From: an uncultured Bdellovibrionales bacterium
Lineage (GTDB): Bacteria > Patescibacteriota > Minisyncoccia > Moranbacterales > GWC2-37-73
Assembly: GCA_964609855.1 (NCBI GenBank)
Contig: CAZSTB010000004.1
Span: forward strand, 3,740 to 67,739
Direction: 5' to 3'
Length of the DNA: 64,000 nt
Part shown: positions 28,214-37,385 of the stretch, piece by piece
Layout: the number at the start of each line of letters is the position of its first letter
Position numbering within the stretch: the first letter of the stretch is position 1
Notes under the pieces: model-generated
The model's database searches: none
What the model was told of the DNA's origin: nothing
Seen by the model: only the letters and a program-made list of their open reading frames with translations
Program-made: the position numbers and the translations under genes

Positions 28214-28828
28214 TCAGGAAATCAACATCTCATAAAAAGCATTCTGCTTCTTCTCGAAAGATGCCATCTGTTCATCCATATTGAGAACACAAAGTACCGT
28301 TGATGAACCCATGTAAAACATGGGGTTCCCAATGCGGTGAATCCGCCAACCGACCATATCCATAACCCGCAGAGCTCTTGCATCAATGGCAATCAGCCAG
28401 TGTTTAATATGATTGTTGAGACTGTAGAGAAGGCTTGTTTTATAAATTCCCCAGGAAACTTTCTTGTCATTATTTCCTTTTCCCACAGCCAAAGCGCCAA
28501 CAACAACAGACTTTCCGGACTCAAATTTACTTATATGTTCTAACGCGCACTCCTTTAATTGACCATCCCACAATGTAAGGAGCTCATTCGCGCAAACGAT
28601 TGGCGAAAACTTCAACGTCCCTAACACATTATCATCACAATATGCGACAACGTACTCGTCTTCCTTGTGATTGTCAGGAATGATTCGATCAGGATATGCA
28701 TTCTCAATATATCCCAAATCTAAATAAACATCGTGCCTCAATTTTTGGGCCATCTCTCCTAATGTACCAGCTTGAGTGACAAAATATCTTACACCTTGAA
28801 AACTACTCATCTCTTGAGCCGTGTTCAT
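28214..28828 (-). CDS. GNAT-fold N-acyltransferase of the LuxI / FeeM N-acyl amino acid synthase-like family
   Basis: RHDVYLDLGY (cf. LuxI RxxVFxxxLGW), EDEY acidic cluster, YCDDNVLGTLKF (cf. LuxI YKDNNLIGSARL); overlaps the thiF-like gene by 4 nt. Confidence 0.5.
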   Translation of the reverse strand: MNTAQEMSSFQGVRYFVTQAGTLGEMAQKLRHDVYLDLGYIENAYPDRIIPDNHKEDEYVVAYCDDNVLGTLKFSPIVCANELLTLWDGQLKECALEHISKFESGKSVVVGALAVGKGNNDKKVSWGIYKTSLLYSLNNHIKHWLIAIDARALRVMDMVGWRIHRIGNPMFYMGSSTVLCVLNMDEQMASFEKKQNAFYEMLIS

Positions 28829-29592
28829 AATCCCCCCTTTTTGATTGTAAAGTCATAAGTATCAAAGAACAATATATTTGGAACAGTTACGGGTTTTTCA
28901 TTTCTGATCACAAATGAAATAACCTGACTGGAAACCATTGCTGCAACCAATGCAACCGAGGAGGAAATGCTTGGCATTGACATTTCGCCACCCAAAACTT
29001 TCTCGAGCATCTCATTTGAGATATATGCAGGAACCTCTGGCATATATTTCATTGCATCGATACTACTATCATTTTCATTATATTCAAAATATTCTTCAAA
29101 TGTCATTCCACTAGGATCAAAACAAAGAGTGCTTGAACCCCATCCAATATTAGCACCCATAAAAACAAATTTATTCTGGATTCTTGCTTCTTTCGCCAAC
29201 ATTACAGATATTTCAGGCACTGAATATTCAATTTCATCAATAATTATGTCAGAGTAATTCACAAACTCTTTTACATTCTCTTCGGTGATGCCCTGATTAA
29301 AAACCACCACCTTAATGTCTGGATTAATTTTTCGCAGCTCCTGAGCAACAACTTCTGCTTTATTCTTACCCAATGTTTCAGAATTTGAACCAAACTGCCT
29401 ATTTATATTTTGTACTTCAAAAAACTCAGGGTCTGCTAAGATTATCGTTCCAACTCCAAAACGAGCAAGTCTTTCAGCCAGAAGACCACCATCCCCACCC
29501 GCACCAGCAATTGATATTGAAAGTTTTGATATTTTTTCTTGCTGCCATTCAGTAACGAAACCTATATTTCTTTCAAATAGTTTATTTTTCAT
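28825..29592 (-). CDS. ThiF/MoeB/HesA-family E1-like adenylyltransferase (no CxxC zinc motif)
   Basis: Nucleotide-binding motif IAGAGGDGGLLAERLARFGVGTIILADPEFFEVQNINRQ. Confidence 0.75.
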   Translation of the reverse strand: MKNKLFERNIGFVTEWQQEKISKLSISIAGAGGDGGLLAERLARFGVGTIILADPEFFEVQNINRQFGSNSETLGKNKAEVVAQELRKINPDIKVVVFNQGITEENVKEFVNYSDIIIDEIEYSVPEISVMLAKEARIQNKFVFMGANIGWGSSTLCFDPSGMTFEEYFEYNENDSSIDAMKYMPEVPAYISNEMLEKVLGGEMSMPSISSSVALVAAMVSSQVISFVIRNEKPVTVPNILFFDTYDFTIKKGGL

Positions 29593-29600
29593 AAATTTGT

Positions 29601-31325
29601 TTATGCCACATGCTCCACTGGAATCTCAATGATAAATCTTGAACCGAGGTCGGCGCCATCAGATTCAACCCAGACTTGGCCGTGGTGGGCTTCGGCGATT
29701 GCTTTGCCAACGTAGAGCCCGAGGCCGGTTCCGCCAACGTGAAGACGTGAAACGTCTTTTCCACGTGAGAATTTCTTGAAAAGATATGGAATTTCCTCCC
29801 TTGGGATTCCTATTCCAGTATCAGAAACTGTGATGCGAACCATCTGACCAAATTCAGATTTCTTCTCCGGAATAACGAAACCATTTTCATCGATCAAAAC
29901 TCCAGTTTCTTTAAGCTCAGCCTTTACGGTCACACCGCCCTTTTCCGTATATTTCAACGCATTATCAATGAAATTAGAAACCAGCTCTCTAATCTTAGTA
30001 TAATCCATGATAATTTCAGGCAGTGGGGTTTCGGGAAGCTTTAAGTCAAGATAAAACTTTTTCGTTTTTGCTATCAAAATGAAGTTATCATTTAATTCCT
30101 TGATGAGTTTTTCAACATTGGATTTTTCAAAAGCAAATTGCATACGTCCCGATTCAATTCGAGAGACATTGAGCAAATCTTCAATTAAACTCACTAAACG
30201 CTCAGAAGATGAATAAACTTTTTCCATTGCCCCCTTAACGCTTTCGGTTAATTCTCCATATGAACCCTCGAGCAAAAGTGAAGCAAATCCCTTGATTGCC
30301 GTAATCGGAGTTCTGAGTTGATGAGAAGCAATTGAGATAAATTCAGTTTTCGCATTATCCAACTTCCTAAGCTGATCATTCGCCGTAGCTAATTTATCAG
30401 CCATTGCCTGAAGTTGCTCCTTGCGTTCAACTTCTTGCTTGACAGACCTAATGAGCATATATCCAAAGCCAAGGGATAACGCTAGCGTCACTCCAGTTAA
30501 AACCATCGCCGTAGTGTTTTGAACGAAGAAGAATTGTGAACCGACAAGCAAAATCATGGAGACTACCAATGCTTGTGCACCAATTAGCTTTATTTCAAAT
30601 GTTTTATATTTAACAATCATATAAGCAAGGAAAGCCACAAAAATAGGCATTCCAAAAAGCTTATACTGCTCAAACTTCCAATCAAGCTCCATTGTAATAA
30701 GAAAGTTTCCAATTGAAAAAGTTATCAACAAAATCACAATTCCCAAGGTAAAAAGCAAAATTTGCTTCTTATGTGCTACTTCAGCCTTTTTGTATCCCCT
30801 TATGGTAACTCCCGCTATCCATAAAATCAAAAGAATTTCCACAATATAAATATATATCCAAAGTGGCCCCTCAAAAGCCGCCCTATCGCAATTCGTTAAA
30901 TCATAGCCCAATAAATTATAGCGAGTATGCGTTAAAAAAATAACCGGCAAAAAAACCAAACTTACCAATATTTTCTTAAGAAAAGAAATGTCCGTGCCGT
31001 AAACAAATAAATAAGTTAAGTACAGAGCTGCTGCATACATAAGAAGCTCTAATGGAGCCATTGCTGACCAAAAAAACATGATGTATTGATCTTTTTCGCT
31101 TGCCCATAATATCAAATCAAAATAAACCCACAATGAAAACACAACTGTTAAAAAAAACAAAATTTTGTTTATCAACTCTTTTCTTCCTTTAAAAAAAACG
31201 AAGAAGCCAATAATCAAAGATAGAATAAGAGGTACCAAATGAGAATAGTAAATCAAGGGCTCATACACATTTGCTGAAAAAATAAGGAATTTCGCAGCAT
31301 CCCAATTACAAGATAGTGGATCCAT
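29601..31325 (-). CDS. Sensor histidine kinase with N-terminal multi-TM sensor domain (paralogue of 26545..28128)
   Basis: H-box SHQLRTPITAIKGF; HATPase_c G-boxes; same architecture and linker (QLRKLDxAKxEFISIASHQLRTP) as the other HK. Confidence 0.85.
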   Translation of the reverse strand: MDPLSCNWDAAKFLIFSANVYEPLIYYSHLVPLILSLIIGFFVFFKGRKELINKILFFLTVVFSLWVYFDLILWASEKDQYIMFFWSAMAPLELLMYAAALYLTYLFVYGTDISFLKKILVSLVFLPVIFLTHTRYNLLGYDLTNCDRAAFEGPLWIYIYIVEILLILWIAGVTIRGYKKAEVAHKKQILLFTLGIVILLITFSIGNFLITMELDWKFEQYKLFGMPIFVAFLAYMIVKYKTFEIKLIGAQALVVSMILLVGSQFFFVQNTTAMVLTGVTLALSLGFGYMLIRSVKQEVERKEQLQAMADKLATANDQLRKLDNAKTEFISIASHQLRTPITAIKGFASLLLEGSYGELTESVKGAMEKVYSSSERLVSLIEDLLNVSRIESGRMQFAFEKSNVEKLIKELNDNFILIAKTKKFYLDLKLPETPLPEIIMDYTKIRELVSNFIDNALKYTEKGGVTVKAELKETGVLIDENGFVIPEKKSEFGQMVRITVSDTGIGIPREEIPYLFKKFSRGKDVSRLHVGGTGLGLYVGKAIAEAHHGQVWVESDGADLGSRFIIEIPVEHVA

Positions 31326-31343
31326 TTTTATTTTTATTAAAAA

Positions 31344-31841
31344 TTAGCGTTGCGTTTTAAGGCCCAGCAATTCAGCATTTTGTTCCAAATAAATCTTCTT
31401 AAAATACGTAGGGAAGACAGGGAAATATTTTCTAAAAAATAATGGCGGCAAATGCCTCGTACCTCGAATTATCCCCCTGCAATCACGAGCACCACATCCA
31501 CATCTCATGGTCCACGATGTATCTTCAGAAATTGAATAATCAAAAGTTATTTCTTCGTTTTTTTTAATGTTTCGCAATGCCACAAACGTAACTCTACCCC
31601 TTACGCTCGTATTTGGATCACAGGAGTGATTTATATAAACATAGGGTTTAATCGGGTCAATCCAGAGATCCTTATCTATCCCTACAATATTCGGCATTGA
31701 CAATAGATTTTTCCTATTGCTATTATTCATCTTCAAAATTCGACCCTTCATGATGAACACTACCTCCCCTTTTTTAATATCCCTATTTGAAAACAAACCA
31801 GTACCTGCAATTTCAGATTTACCTACATAAATTTTTGACAT
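31344..31841 (-). CDS. SET-domain protein (putative protein lysine methyltransferase) with post-SET Cys cluster
   Basis: GTGLFS, NHSCDPN, FDYS motifs; C-terminal CGCGARDC. Confidence 0.75.
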   Translation of the reverse strand: MSKIYVGKSEIAGTGLFSNRDIKKGEVVFIMKGRILKMNNSNRKNLLSMPNIVGIDKDLWIDPIKPYVYINHSCDPNTSVRGRVTFVALRNIKKNEEITFDYSISEDTSWTMRCGCGARDCRGIIRGTRHLPPLFFRKYFPVFPTYFKKIYLEQNAELLGLKTQR

Positions 31842-32027
31842 GTTAATTACAATTAACTATTAATCTATATATATTACCAATAATTATCTTCTAAAACAAA
31901 GTTTTACAATAATAAATTACATCAAAATAATATATTTATATGCATCCAATGTTAGTATATCACAATTTCATATCAAAGAAAATTCTTGCAAAAGAAAGAG
32001 CACTGAGGGATTTTATCCATCAGTGCT

Positions 32028-32708
32028 CTATTTTCTCCTTGAAAAAACCAGTGCCAATACAACCGCCAAGTATATAACCAGGTTATATATTGGTAGCGTG
32101 GCAATTGTAAAATTCCATTTTTCAATTGCCAGTAGATTTGCTACTCCACTTACCAGCGTTATTAGCCAAGCAAATAAATCTTCTTCGAATGGCTCTTTCC
32201 ACGATTTTAAAATAGTTGGAATTGCAGCAAGAATGTCCACGACAAGGAAGCAAAAAAGTGCAACCATAGGACTTCCTGAAAAAAACCACACAACAATACC
32301 CATTACTGAACCAAGTGAACAAATTGAATCAATTATTGTCCACTCTTTTTTTCCGTAAAACAAGGACAGAAATGCAGTCAATGTCATTCCAATAATACCA
32401 GCAATTGGAAGCCAAATAGTATTTTCGGCACCAGACATGATATAGCTAGCACTAAGCATCACTTCGAGAATCGACCATATCCACCAGGTCGCCTTACTGG
32501 GTTTAGTTTCTCCGTTAACAATAGAAATTAGATACGGAAGATATGCGACCAAGTTAATAAATCCAGCAATTTCACCCATCGTGCTTTTGACGTCCCCACC
32601 ATGATTCAATTGAATAATAGCAACTAAACCAATCAAAAGAACTGCAATTGTTTTTGATTTGACAGATGCCGCAAATTTTACAGCAATGCTTGTAACAAAA
32701 CCGCTCAT
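32028..32708 (-). CDS. Hypothetical polytopic membrane protein (about 7 TM)
   Basis: Hydropathy only. Confidence 0.4.
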   Translation of the reverse strand: MSGFVTSIAVKFAASVKSKTIAVLLIGLVAIIQLNHGGDVKSTMGEIAGFINLVAYLPYLISIVNGETKPSKATWWIWSILEVMLSASYIMSGAENTIWLPIAGIIGMTLTAFLSLFYGKKEWTIIDSICSLGSVMGIVVWFFSGSPMVALFCFLVVDILAAIPTILKSWKEPFEEDLFAWLITLVSGVANLLAIEKWNFTIATLPIYNLVIYLAVVLALVFSRRK

Positions 32709-32883
32709 GGCGACACCTCCCTATGGAATTGTTAAATTAACTGATTTTTAATTATACACCCAAAAATAGCATTTGTCAAGCACAAATGCTGTTTTCGGCT
32801 ATTTCATGGCTTATAATAGCCATTATCGCCTTAAAGCTATAATTAAAAGTAAAGAATACCCATCTTCATTAGCCAAGAATAGT

Positions 32884-33633
32884 CTATATATTTTTAAAAA
32901 TAATAGGCAAGTATTCAGCAAATGGACTACCGTCCTTATTTAAAAGGTTTTCTTTGTTTTGTTCATTTTTTGTCACGTAAATGAGTTTTGCTAGCTCCGG
33001 CTTTTCACCTTTTTCCAAAATATCCTTCTCAAAAAGTTCATACTCACTCAAGAGTTGCTCCAAATCAATAGATAATTTGACCCAATACACAACTCCTAAA
33101 AATTTTTGTGGTCCGCTTTGCACAACAGCCCAAGGCAAAAAGCTTTCTATTCGAGAATTATCCGTTGATGAAATACCTATTTCTTCTTCCATTTCATTGG
33201 AGGCATTTCTTGAGATATCAATAAATTTACCATCTTCTTTTAAATCCTCTCTCGTTATTCCACCCCCAATACATTGAATTCTTCCCGGCAGTGCTGTATT
33301 ACTATTCATTTGTCCAAATACAAGAAAATTATCCTTTGTTTCTATCATGACAGAGGAATGAACCACGCGGCACATATATTCACCCTTAATGATCCCATGA
33401 ATAGTTGTCAGATAATGGGCATAATCGGAAAGCATTAATTCAACCATAACCTCCCCGTTTTCTTCCTTATTCTTTACGACAGTAAAAACATCTCCCCTCT
33501 TAAATGTTTTACCTTCAGATATTAATTCATTCCAATGATTTTCTATTGCTATTGAAACATCTTCAGGAAAGATAATTTTTTTATCATTATATTCAAGAAT
33601 TGGCTCCCTGTTTAGTTTTATAAACTCGTTCAT
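32884..33633 (-). CDS. Hypothetical protein with a degenerate Nudix-like box
   Basis: GGGITREDLKEDGKFIDISRNASNEMEEEIGI loosely fits Gx5Ex7REUxEExGU; weak. Confidence 0.3.
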   Translation of the reverse strand: MNEFIKLNREPILEYNDKKIIFPEDVSIAIENHWNELISEGKTFKRGDVFTVVKNKEENGEVMVELMLSDYAHYLTTIHGIIKGEYMCRVVHSSVMIETKDNFLVFGQMNSNTALPGRIQCIGGGITREDLKEDGKFIDISRNASNEMEEEIGISSTDNSRIESFLPWAVVQSGPQKFLGVVYWVKLSIDLEQLLSEYELFEKDILEKGEKPELAKLIYVTKNEQNKENLLNKDGSPFAEYLPIIFKNI

Positions 33634-33659
33634 TTTGTTTTTTTATTTATTTTCACTTT

Positions 33660-34440
33660 TTCTTTCCCCTACATGGTCCGGAGTTCTTCCCCGATTTATT
33701 CCTCCAACAAATACTTCTGCAAGTTCTTTTTTTCTTTCATGTGAAATGCATTACTCTCAACAAATCTCCTGTAATCATCAGCGTCATCAAATTGACTGAG
33801 AATGATATTTCCATCATATCTAGAAGCACCGCTTTTTGGGACGTAGCCGGCAAAACTCGAATAGGGCCAGCTGACGGAGTTCTTCTCCGATTGCATGTGA
33901 ATGAAATAGTTCAAATTTACGTATGCTGATAAATATAAAAGATAAGCATTCGAATCTATATGAATTGCCTTGAATTTCCCTTGGAATAAAGCTCCGGATC
34001 GTTTTTGTTTGATGTTGAAATAATTAGTGTAGCCCGTGCCGATCTTTTGCATGAATGACACAACTCCGCCATCTTGCTTCTGCTTTATGATTAAATGAAA
34101 GTGGTTGGGATTCAAGCAATAACAAACGATTTCAACCAACTCATTTGCAAATAAGGGTGCGGAGTCGAACTCCGATTTCGGAGTTCGACTCCGCAACAAT
34201 CTTTCTTCTCTTAACATGCCAGAGTTAAAATCAGACATGGCACCGAGAAATCTGTCGTAATCACTGGCATCCGAAAAAATCATGCGCTTATCCACGCCGC
34301 GATTATACACATGATAATATTCATCAGTAATAAATTGTATTTTTCTTGATGGCATAGAATTTATTTCCACGGAGTTCCACGGAGTTCTTCTCCGATTAAT
34401 TTGAAGCATTTTAAAAGAGCATTTCTGCTCTTTTATCTTT
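33660..34440. mobile_element. Candidate minimal IS200-like element: the transposase gene plus flanking/overlapping GGAGTTCTTC(Y)CCGATT repeats and a terminal hairpin
   Basis: Motif copies at 33681-33697, 33887-33902, 34381-34397; tandem CACGGAGTTC x2 at 34367-34386; hairpin AAAAGAGCA-TTTC-TGCTCTTTT at 34412-34433; element boundaries are inferred. Confidence 0.35.
33696..34409 (-). CDS. HuH Y1 tyrosine transposase, IS200/RAYT (REP-associated tyrosine transposase) family
   Basis: YHVYNRGVDKRMIFSDASDYDRFLG (RAYT N-terminal block), HuH motif NHFHLII, C-terminal YLLYLSAYVNLN (cf. YLxxLxRYIHxNP with catalytic Tyr). Confidence 0.7.
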   Translation of the reverse strand: MLQINRRRTPWNSVEINSMPSRKIQFITDEYYHVYNRGVDKRMIFSDASDYDRFLGAMSDFNSGMLREERLLRSRTPKSEFDSAPLFANELVEIVCYCLNPNHFHLIIKQKQDGGVVSFMQKIGTGYTNYFNIKQKRSGALFQGKFKAIHIDSNAYLLYLSAYVNLNYFIHMQSEKNSVSWPYSSFAGYVPKSGASRYDGNIILSQFDDADDYRRFVESNAFHMKEKKNLQKYLLEE

Positions 34441-34442
34441 CA

Positions 34443-35024
34443 TTATTCCAGTGGTAAATTTTCATTCTCAACCTCCTCTACTTTGGTTGGATTTTCTTCC
34501 AAGCCCTCTTCACATTCCGCATCACCTTCCTCGCAGGCAACTTCCGCACTTTCTTCTTGCAGTGCAGAGCATTCTTCATCCCCTGCCTCGACAGCAGCCG
34601 GGTCACATTCGGCGACTTCCTCTTCCTCTTCGACGGGATTATCAATAATGTATTGTTCAGGATCATTACAAATTTGTCCCTCTTCGGCGGTTTCCTCGCT
34701 GCACAAAATCATTTCACATTCTGCCTCACCCTCAGGGCAAGTCAAGGCTTCGCAATTTTCATCCGCAGGATCGCAAAGTGGAATATTGGCTGCATTTCTT
34801 TTTATAAGCTTGTAATACCAAATGTCTTCTTCCGGATCACCAGTGCACTCTTCCTCTTCCGGATCGCATTCATAAATAAAGCATGTTTCCAAGGTTGGAT
34901 CGCAGTCTGCCTCAGCTTCAATGATGTAGTCCTTTTTTAACATGATGCGCCAAAAGGTCACACCGACTGAACCGGCAATCATCAATGCGAAAACCCACAA
35001 CAACACTTTTGATTTTTTATCCAT
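34443..35024 (-). CDS. Membrane-anchored, highly acidic Cys-rich protein (CDP/CxE repeats)
   Basis: N-terminal TM (VLLWVFALMIAGSVGV), then about 20 Cys spaced in CDPxxE/CExxxC repeats among Glu/Asp runs. Confidence 0.45.
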   Translation of the reverse strand: MDKKSKVLLWVFALMIAGSVGVTFWRIMLKKDYIIEAEADCDPTLETCFIYECDPEEEECTGDPEEDIWYYKLIKRNAANIPLCDPADENCEALTCPEGEAECEMILCSEETAEEGQICNDPEQYIIDNPVEEEEEVAECDPAAVEAGDEECSALQEESAEVACEEGDAECEEGLEENPTKVEEVENENLPLE

Positions 35025-35158
35025 AAAAAGATTTTATTAAATTTGATATAGTTATTATATCACAAAACGTGACCTAAAAAAAGTTCCAACCTAAAAAAAT
35101 ATTAGGGATAGCTAATATTTAAAACCAGCTATCATCTTTGATGATAGCTGGTTTGTTT

Positions 35159-36358
35159 TTACAACAATTTATTTTTATGCAAAAACAATAGTGCGACTAA
35201 ACCCATAAGAGAAAACAGTGCCGCACATGCCACGAACGTTGTCTGCAGCGAATATGCGTCGTGCACCCAGCCCATAATAGGTCCGATGATTGCAAAGATA
35301 AGTCTTGCCATCAAACTTTGCACGGACATGATTGTAGCCCGCTGCTCAGATGAGACCAAGCCGTTGATATAGCTTTTTATAATCGGATTGTTTATTCCCC
35401 TGGTCACATAGAACAAGGCAATGAAAACGATGGCCGCAGGTGCAATGTGAAAACTCAAGAGCACATAAGCTAGCACTGGCAGAATAATCAAGGCAATCAG
35501 CGAAGCTTTCCGCCCCAGATATTCTTCAATACTATGAGCCTTAAGCGAGAACCAACCGCCTATAAACATAAATGCAGCCCACAGCGCCCCAAACATATAT
35601 TGGGGGATTTTTGCTTCCATCCAATACACTTGAATAAACCAGACCATGGTTAAAGTTGAAGTGCTGACGATTGCAGAGTAAATGATAAGCCATTTGATTT
35701 CCACGTGATCATGCAAAGAATATTTCATCAATTTAAACATGGTCACGATGCTACTTTCGCGATTTTGCTGCTGCGGTTTTTTGATTTCATGAAGCGACAT
35801 TGCGACGGGAATTACCGTGAGCGCAAGCAGGACATCGAAATAAATGGGAAATCTTAAGCTGACAAGTGCCAGCAGCGAACCTCCAACAAAACTCGTGACT
35901 GCTTCTGAAAACATGCTCGCACTTCCGCCATTTCCCTCAGCTTTGATAGCCGTGCGACTGCCCCGCTCTTTATCAGTATGGTCATAAATCATCGCACTGT
36001 CAGCGCCGGAAGTAAAACAGTATCCGAATGCCAACAAAATTTCGCCACCCAAAAATCCAAAAAACGTGCTGGACAGCGAGTATACCAAGTATCCGACAGC
36101 TGAAAAACATCCTCCGATTATGATAGACTTTTTCCTGCCATACGTATCAGCAAAATATCCGGTTGGAACTTCTATGACAATGACTGCCAGTGCAAACAGC
36201 GACTGCAACAAGGTTATTTCCTTCATGGAAAGTCCGTGCTGCTTAAAAAACAGCACAATGATTGCGATACTAAACATACCGCTGCGAAGCGCCTTGATAA
36301 CATACATCTTTTGCAGATTGTTCGTCTTGCACGTTAGCCAATTCATGACATCCCCCAT
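35159..36358 (-). CDS. MFS-superfamily transporter
   Basis: 12 predicted TM helices; GYFADTYGRKK loop motif between TM2 and TM3. Confidence 0.7.
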   Translation of the reverse strand: MGDVMNWLTCKTNNLQKMYVIKALRSGMFSIAIIVLFFKQHGLSMKEITLLQSLFALAVIVIEVPTGYFADTYGRKKSIIIGGCFSAVGYLVYSLSSTFFGFLGGEILLAFGYCFTSGADSAMIYDHTDKERGSRTAIKAEGNGGSASMFSEAVTSFVGGSLLALVSLRFPIYFDVLLALTVIPVAMSLHEIKKPQQQNRESSIVTMFKLMKYSLHDHVEIKWLIIYSAIVSTSTLTMVWFIQVYWMEAKIPQYMFGALWAAFMFIGGWFSLKAHSIEEYLGRKASLIALIILPVLAYVLLSFHIAPAAIVFIALFYVTRGINNPIIKSYINGLVSSEQRATIMSVQSLMARLIFAIIGPIMGWVHDAYSLQTTFVACAALFSLMGLVALLFLHKNKLL

Positions 36359-36642
36359 TACTCGGTTAAGGTTGGACTGCTAATTGTAAAAGGACTTTTT
36401 GCTCAACAAAAAACTCGGCTTTTGTTCAGCCGAGCTTATCCAAAGAAGAAGTTTTTGAAATCACATTATGATGTCTTACTTAAAAATTGCCTAAGATAAC
36501 CACAGCTAAACAAAATATTTTCCATATCTGGGGACACGAAAATACGACCGTTTTTGTAATCGGCCTTTTTTGTTCTATTTAGCTGACAGCTATGCTTTTG
36601 CATAAATGTATTTCAAAAATTAATTGTATCTATTTTTTAACA

Positions 36643-37068
36643 TTAATTGATATTCTTGTCAATAGCACCAAAAAACAACTTTTTTATGCCATCCGGTCTG
36701 ATTTCCAAGCTGCGCATTTCGGAAATATTTATCCACTCCAATTCATGTGTGCCTTCATACGCTGAATCCAATTGAAATTCCGGGCCCTCACCACTACCAA
36801 GATTTCCACTGACAATCTCGCAGGCATAAAAAAATTCGATTTGTTTTCCGTAATCTTTTTGCTCAAAAATATTCTCAAATAAAAGCTCTCCGACTGAAAC
36901 CTCTACGCCCAGTTCTTCTTTGCATTCTCGAATTAGTGCTTGCTCACAACTTTCTCCATCCTCAACTCCCCCGCCAGGAAAAACCCAATATGTCATATCC
37001 TGCTTAACACGCTTTATCAATAAAAGCTTTCCATCTTTTTTAATTATAGCTCGAACACGTTTTTTCAT
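36643..37068 (-). CDS. Nudix hydrolase
   Basis: Nudix box GGGVEDGESCEQALIRECKEELGVEV. Confidence 0.8.
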   Translation of the reverse strand: MKKRVRAIIKKDGKLLLIKRVKQDMTYWVFPGGGVEDGESCEQALIRECKEELGVEVSVGELLFENIFEQKDYGKQIEFFYACEIVSGNLGSGEGPEFQLDSAYEGTHELEWINISEMRSLEIRPDGIKKLFFGAIDKNIN

Positions 37069-37304
37069 ATTTAAACGAATTCATAAGAATCTACTACTGC
37101 AATGCTCTGCAGCTTAATTATATCAAAATAAGTAAATTCAGACTATTTTTTAAAGAGCACGGTTGTCATGTGTTTATTTAATCAACCATCAATTGCAAAC
37201 AGACAGCGGATTTTAATCAATGCGAGCCTGGATTCCCTTTTTCAATGGAATGACAATGCGGATAAAATACTAAATCTAAATTTCCAAAGTCAAATAAAAT
37301 ACTT

Positions 37305-37385
37305 CCTTGTCATCCTCAGCTTGACTGGGGATCCAGGTTTTATAAATACAGGGCCTGGATTCCCGTTTTCACGGGAATGACAAGG
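37305..37385. repeat. GC-rich palindromic repeat, family A copy A2 (CCTTGTCATCCTCAGCTTGACTGGGGATCCAGG...CCTGGATTCCCG...GGGAATGACAAGG) with partial re-duplication at 37437-37466
   Basis: 9-bp terminal inverted repeats; modules shared in reverse orientation with 39739-39855. Confidence 0.7.

Noticed and set aside
28825-29592. Microcin-C-like MccB adenylyltransferase with an MccA heptapeptide gene
   Set aside because: The protein is only the bare ThiF domain (no N-terminal peptide-clamp domain). No 7-aa ORF ending in Asn with an RBS was found nearby. Kept only as an analogy.
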